Origin: an uncultured Acidobacteriota bacterium | GTDB taxonomy: Bacteria; Acidobacteriota; UBA6911 | DNA: 64,000 nucleotides | Assembly (NCBI GenBank): GCA_963843575.1 | Contig: CAWJKZ010000009.1 | Location: 128,001 to 192,000, forward strand | Direction of reading: 5' to 3' | Shown: one piece after another, positions 61,104 to 64,000 of the stretch | Layout: every line of letters begins with the position of its first letter | Numbering within the stretch: the stretch's first letter is position 1 | Translations under genes and position numbers: made by a program | Notes under the pieces: generated by a model | What the model was told of the DNA's origin: nothing | The model's input: only the letters and a program-made list of their open reading frames with translations | Database searches by the model: none

Positions 61104-61215
61104 ACAAGTGGGTCCGGGCTTCAGCCCGGACGCCTTTTGATCTGATCTATGTGGCAACGGGCGCGCGCTATAGCGACCGCAAACAGCGTCCGGGCTGAAG
61201 CCCGGACCCACTTGT
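61104..61215. repeat. REPIN (inverted doublet of GTGG-type REP)
   Basis: Perfect 30-bp inverted repeats ACAAGTGGGTCCGGGCTTCAGCCCGGACGC (61104-61133, 61186-61215), each internally palindromic. Confidence 0.85.
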
Positions 61216-61296
61216 GATTCCTGATGATATGCCCCGACATTAGGGCATCTCACCTTACAGATTTAAGTATCTAATAGATTTTGCCTCCCTGCGTCT

Positions 61297-61422
61297 AAGC
61301 CTCCAGACGGCAAATCCGCGATCGACAGCGGCAGGGTCAAAGAGCGGTGCGTCGAATGCCACGGCCCTGGGAAGCGCAAGGACGTCCGGAGGGTGCATGA
61401 GGTAGGAGGCTCAGATCACTGA
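61297..61422 (+). pseudogene. C-terminal fragment of a c-type (probably multiheme) cytochrome
   Basis: Start-less frame KPPDGKSAIDSGRVKERCVECHGPGKRKDVRRVH with CxxCH at 61348-61362. Confidence 0.55.
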
Positions 61423-61555
61423 ACCGTTGGACAGCCTCCGGCTTTTTCCCCGTCTCTCCTTTCGCCTCCGCTCCAGCCCACTTTCCGCTTTATGTCCTGC
61501 TTTACCTAATGTACAAAGTTGCTTCCAACTACGCCGTATTCAAAAGGGGTGTCTC

Positions 61556-61684
61556 GTGTACATCGATTGGATGACGTGGAGTGTCTGGAGCTTCGGACTG
61601 GCCCTCCTTCTGTACTGGTGTTTCGAGACCATCCGGGAATTCAAGGCGCTTTTCTCCAAGCGCAGGAAAAGGGAGACACTGTAA
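61556..61684 (+). CDS. 42-aa small membrane protein
   Basis: GTG after AAAGGGG; one hydrophobic helix then a basic tail; TAATG coupling to the kinase. Confidence 0.6.
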   Translation: MYIDWMTWSVWSFGLALLLYWCFETIREFKALFSKRRKRETL

Positions 61685-62655
61685 TGGATATTGTGGTCGT
61701 CGGCGAACTCAATGTCGATCTGGTGTTGACCGGACTCTCCTCGCTTCCGGCCTACAAGGAATTGCGGCTCGCCAGGGACATGAGGTTCACGCTTGGCAGT
61801 TCCTCCGCGATATTCGCGTGCAACGCGGCCCGCCTGGGTGCCAGCGTCGGCTTTGTCGGCAAAGTGGGCGATGATGAATTCGGCGACTTCATGCTGCGCA
61901 GCCTGCGCCAGAGCGGCGTCGAAACGTGCAGCATCATCCGGCATCCGGGGGGGCGAACCGGCATCTGCGTCTTGATGTCTTTCCCCGACGACTACTCGAT
62001 GGTGAGCTTCCCGGGTATCCGCGAGACCTTCCGGCTCGACGAGGTCGACTTCGACTACGTGAAGACCGCCCGGCACCTGCACATGTCGAGCTTCTACCTC
62101 CAGCCGGCCCTGCGGCCGGGCGTCCCGGAACTGTTCCGCCGGGCGAAGGAAGCCGGGATGAGCACGTCGCTCGATCCGGATCAGGACCCGGCAGGCCGTT
62201 GGAACGGAGGCCTGCGCGATGTGCTGCCCTACGTGGATCTCTTCCTCCCAAACGAGCAGGAGGCCATGGGAATATCCGGCGCCCCGGACCTCGACGCCGC
62301 CGTCAACGCACTGCGCGCGCCGGGCCGGACGATCGTCGTGAAGCGTGGCGCCGCCGGAGTCCTGCTGGCCACGGGCGACAAGACCGTCAGGGCGCCGGGC
62401 TTCCCGGTCCGCGCATTGGACACGACGGGTGCGGGGGACAGCTTCAACGCCGGCTTCGTTTTTCGATTCCTGCAGCGAGCCGGGATGGACCAGTGCGTCA
62501 CCTGGGGCAACGCGTGCGGCGCCCTCTCTACGCGGGCGCTGGGGGGAACTGCGGGCTTCCCATATCCCGCGGACGTCGAACGCTTCGTGACCGAGCGCGC
62601 TGCCGAGGCGGACGCGATCAGGGAGGCGTTCCTGTCGATGAGAGAGCCGGCATGA
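61684..62655 (+). CDS. PfkB-family carbohydrate kinase
   Basis: VVGELNVD, G.VG.DEFG, PNEQEA, DTTGAGDSFNAGF. Confidence 0.92.
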   Translation: MDIVVVGELNVDLVLTGLSSLPAYKELRLARDMRFTLGSSSAIFACNAARLGASVGFVGKVGDDEFGDFMLRSLRQSGVETCSIIRHPGGRTGICVLMSFPDDYSMVSFPGIRETFRLDEVDFDYVKTARHLHMSSFYLQPALRPGVPELFRRAKEAGMSTSLDPDQDPAGRWNGGLRDVLPYVDLFLPNEQEAMGISGAPDLDAAVNALRAPGRTIVVKRGAAGVLLATGDKTVRAPGFPVRALDTTGAGDSFNAGFVFRFLQRAGMDQCVTWGNACGALSTRALGGTAGFPYPADVERFVTERAAEADAIREAFLSMREPA

Positions 62656-64000
62656 TAGCGATCGATTACGTCACAGTCGTGGTGTTTCTCGCGGGTATGC
62701 TCTGGCTGGGTTCGCGTTTCTACCGCTGGATAGGCAGTCCGGACGACTTCTATGTCGCCGGCCGGCAGCTCACCCCCTTCATGCTGGCGGCCAGCATGAC
62801 CACGGCGAACATAAGCCTGTTCAGCCTCATCGGGGTGAGCGGCACGGCATATCAGAGCGGCATTTCGATAATCTGGCTGACCTGGACGGGCAATATGGCC
62901 CTCGTGCTCAGCGGGCTGTTCGTGATTCCCGTTCTGCGCAGGCTGCGGATTCGAACGATCCCGGAATTCCTGGAAATGCGCTACAACGGCGGCGTGCGTA
63001 TCCTCGTGGGTGTTCTCTGGGTGTTCCGTCTTGCGTTCTGGATCGGAGTCGTGCTTTACGCGGGCGTCACCGCGGCGCAGCGGCTCACCGGGATTCAGTC
63101 CTTTACCCTCTGGGTTGTCGTATTCTCACTCATCGTCGTGATTTACACGACCGCGGGCGGCATGTGGTCCATTGTGTTGACCAACAATGTCGGTTTCATG
63201 CTGATGATGAGCAGCGTCCTTCTGATACTGCCGATGGCGATGATGGCGGTGGGATGGTGGCCCGGCCTGACGGCGAACCTGCCGGCGGGCCATCTCGATT
63301 TTCTCACGCAAGCCGGGAAATACAATTGGAAAACCGTCATCGCATTCCTCCTTCTGGGGATCCAGTGGGCGACGCTGGACCAGGGACTGCTGCAGTCGGC
63401 GTTTTCCGCGCGCGACGCCCGTGTCGTTTCCAAGGGCATGGTTCTGTCGGGATTCATGATCACGCCATTTGCGTTTCTGTGGATCACTCCCGGGCTCGCG
63501 GCCCGCATTCTTTACCCGGGGCTGCCGACGGCCGAAATGGCGGTCCCCACCCTGATCGTGCACCTCCTGCCGGCGGGAATCCTGGGATTTGTGACCTGCG
63601 GCTTTCTGGCGTCGGGACTGTCGACTATTGGCTCCAACCTTGCCGCGGCAGCCACTCTTACCGCAAACGACATCTACGGCCGCTATCTGAACAAGAAGGC
63701 GTCGCCGCGCCAGCTGCTGATCGCTGTCCGGCTGGCAACCGTGCTGGCCGGGATTCTGATGATAGCCATAACGTACCTCGTCCCTTACATGGGCGGGGCC
63801 GTGGATGCGTACCTGACGATCATAAGCATCATGGACATGCCGCTTTTCGTCATAGCGATCCCGTTCGGCCTGCTGTGGAAGAGAGCGAACTGGCAGGGTG
63901 CGATGGCGGGATACCTTGCGGGCTCCATCGCCGGCGCCGTTCTGAGGTTCGGATTCCATTTGGATGTCGCACCGGTGACGATCCTCAGCGGCGCCGTGGC
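62652..64000 (+). CDS. Sodium:solute symporter family protein (runs off the window end; not in the ORF track)
   Basis: ATGA overlap; MIAIDY...DDFYVAGR, TIPEFLEMRY, YTTAGG, A....NDIY. Confidence 0.9.
   Translation, partial: MIAIDYVTVVVFLAGMLWLGSRFYRWIGSPDDFYVAGRQLTPFMLAASMTTANISLFSLIGVSGTAYQSGISIIWLTWTGNMALVLSGLFVIPVLRRLRIRTIPEFLEMRYNGGVRILVGVLWVFRLAFWIGVVLYAGVTAAQRLTGIQSFTLWVVVFSLIVVIYTTAGGMWSIVLTNNVGFMLMMSSVLLILPMAMMAVGWWPGLTANLPAGHLDFLTQAGKYNWKTVIAFLLLGIQWATLDQGLLQSAFSARDARVVSKGMVLSGFMITPFAFLWITPGLAARILYPGLPTAEMAVPTLIVHLLPAGILGFVTCGFLASGLSTIGSNLAAAATLTANDIYGRYLNKKASPRQLLIAVRLATVLAGILMIAITYLVPYMGGAVDAYLTIISIMDMPLFVIAIPFGLLWKRANWQGAMAGYLAGSIAGAVLRFGFHLDVAPVTILSGAV

Noticed and set aside
1-64000. 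CRISPR array, rRNA, complete tRNA, phage or defence genes, cobalamin riboswitch
   Set aside because: No spaced direct repeats or diagnostic motifs found by eye; a covariance search would be needed to exclude riboswitches.

Overview
GC-rich bacterial DNA, probably Acidobacteriota (inferred from the carboxypeptidase-regulatory-domain TonB-dependent receptor with no SusD partner and the style of the secreted hypotheticals). Bases ~400-49400 form one large, apparently co-regulated catabolic island. It holds eight secreted DUF4038/GH140 (apiosidase-like) or related paralogues around a TonB-dependent receptor, and homologues of D-apiose dehydrogenase (ApsD) and D-apionate lactonase (ApnL). It also has a DUF1537 acid-sugar kinase, two split transketolases, two 2-oxoacid dehydrogenase E1 pairs plus one E2, two TIM-barrel epimerases, three PLP enzymes, a racemase, four inner-membrane transporters and a FadR/GntR regulator. 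A cobalamin methyl-transfer module (two non-pyrrolysine MttB-family proteins, a corrinoid protein and a UroD/MtaA-like protein) is embedded in it. A shared AT-rich TGTAnGA-type motif lies in all four divergent promoter regions. Bases ~49400-64000 are mixed genes and remnants: a GT-C glycosyltransferase, a GH123-like protein, a probable Tat-exported C-GCAxxG-C-C selenoprotein (in-frame UGA), YjbQ, an MBL hydrolase, a PfkB kinase and a truncated Na+/solute symporter. Non-coding features include a probable orphan IS110-type non-coding end, an IS end followed by a group II intron 5' remnant, REP/REPIN elements and four 9-bp-periodic palindromic elements. At least four genes have collapsed by in-frame internal deletion. 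Many small frameshifts are probably sequencing or assembly errors. All family calls come from motif recognition by eye, not from database searches.
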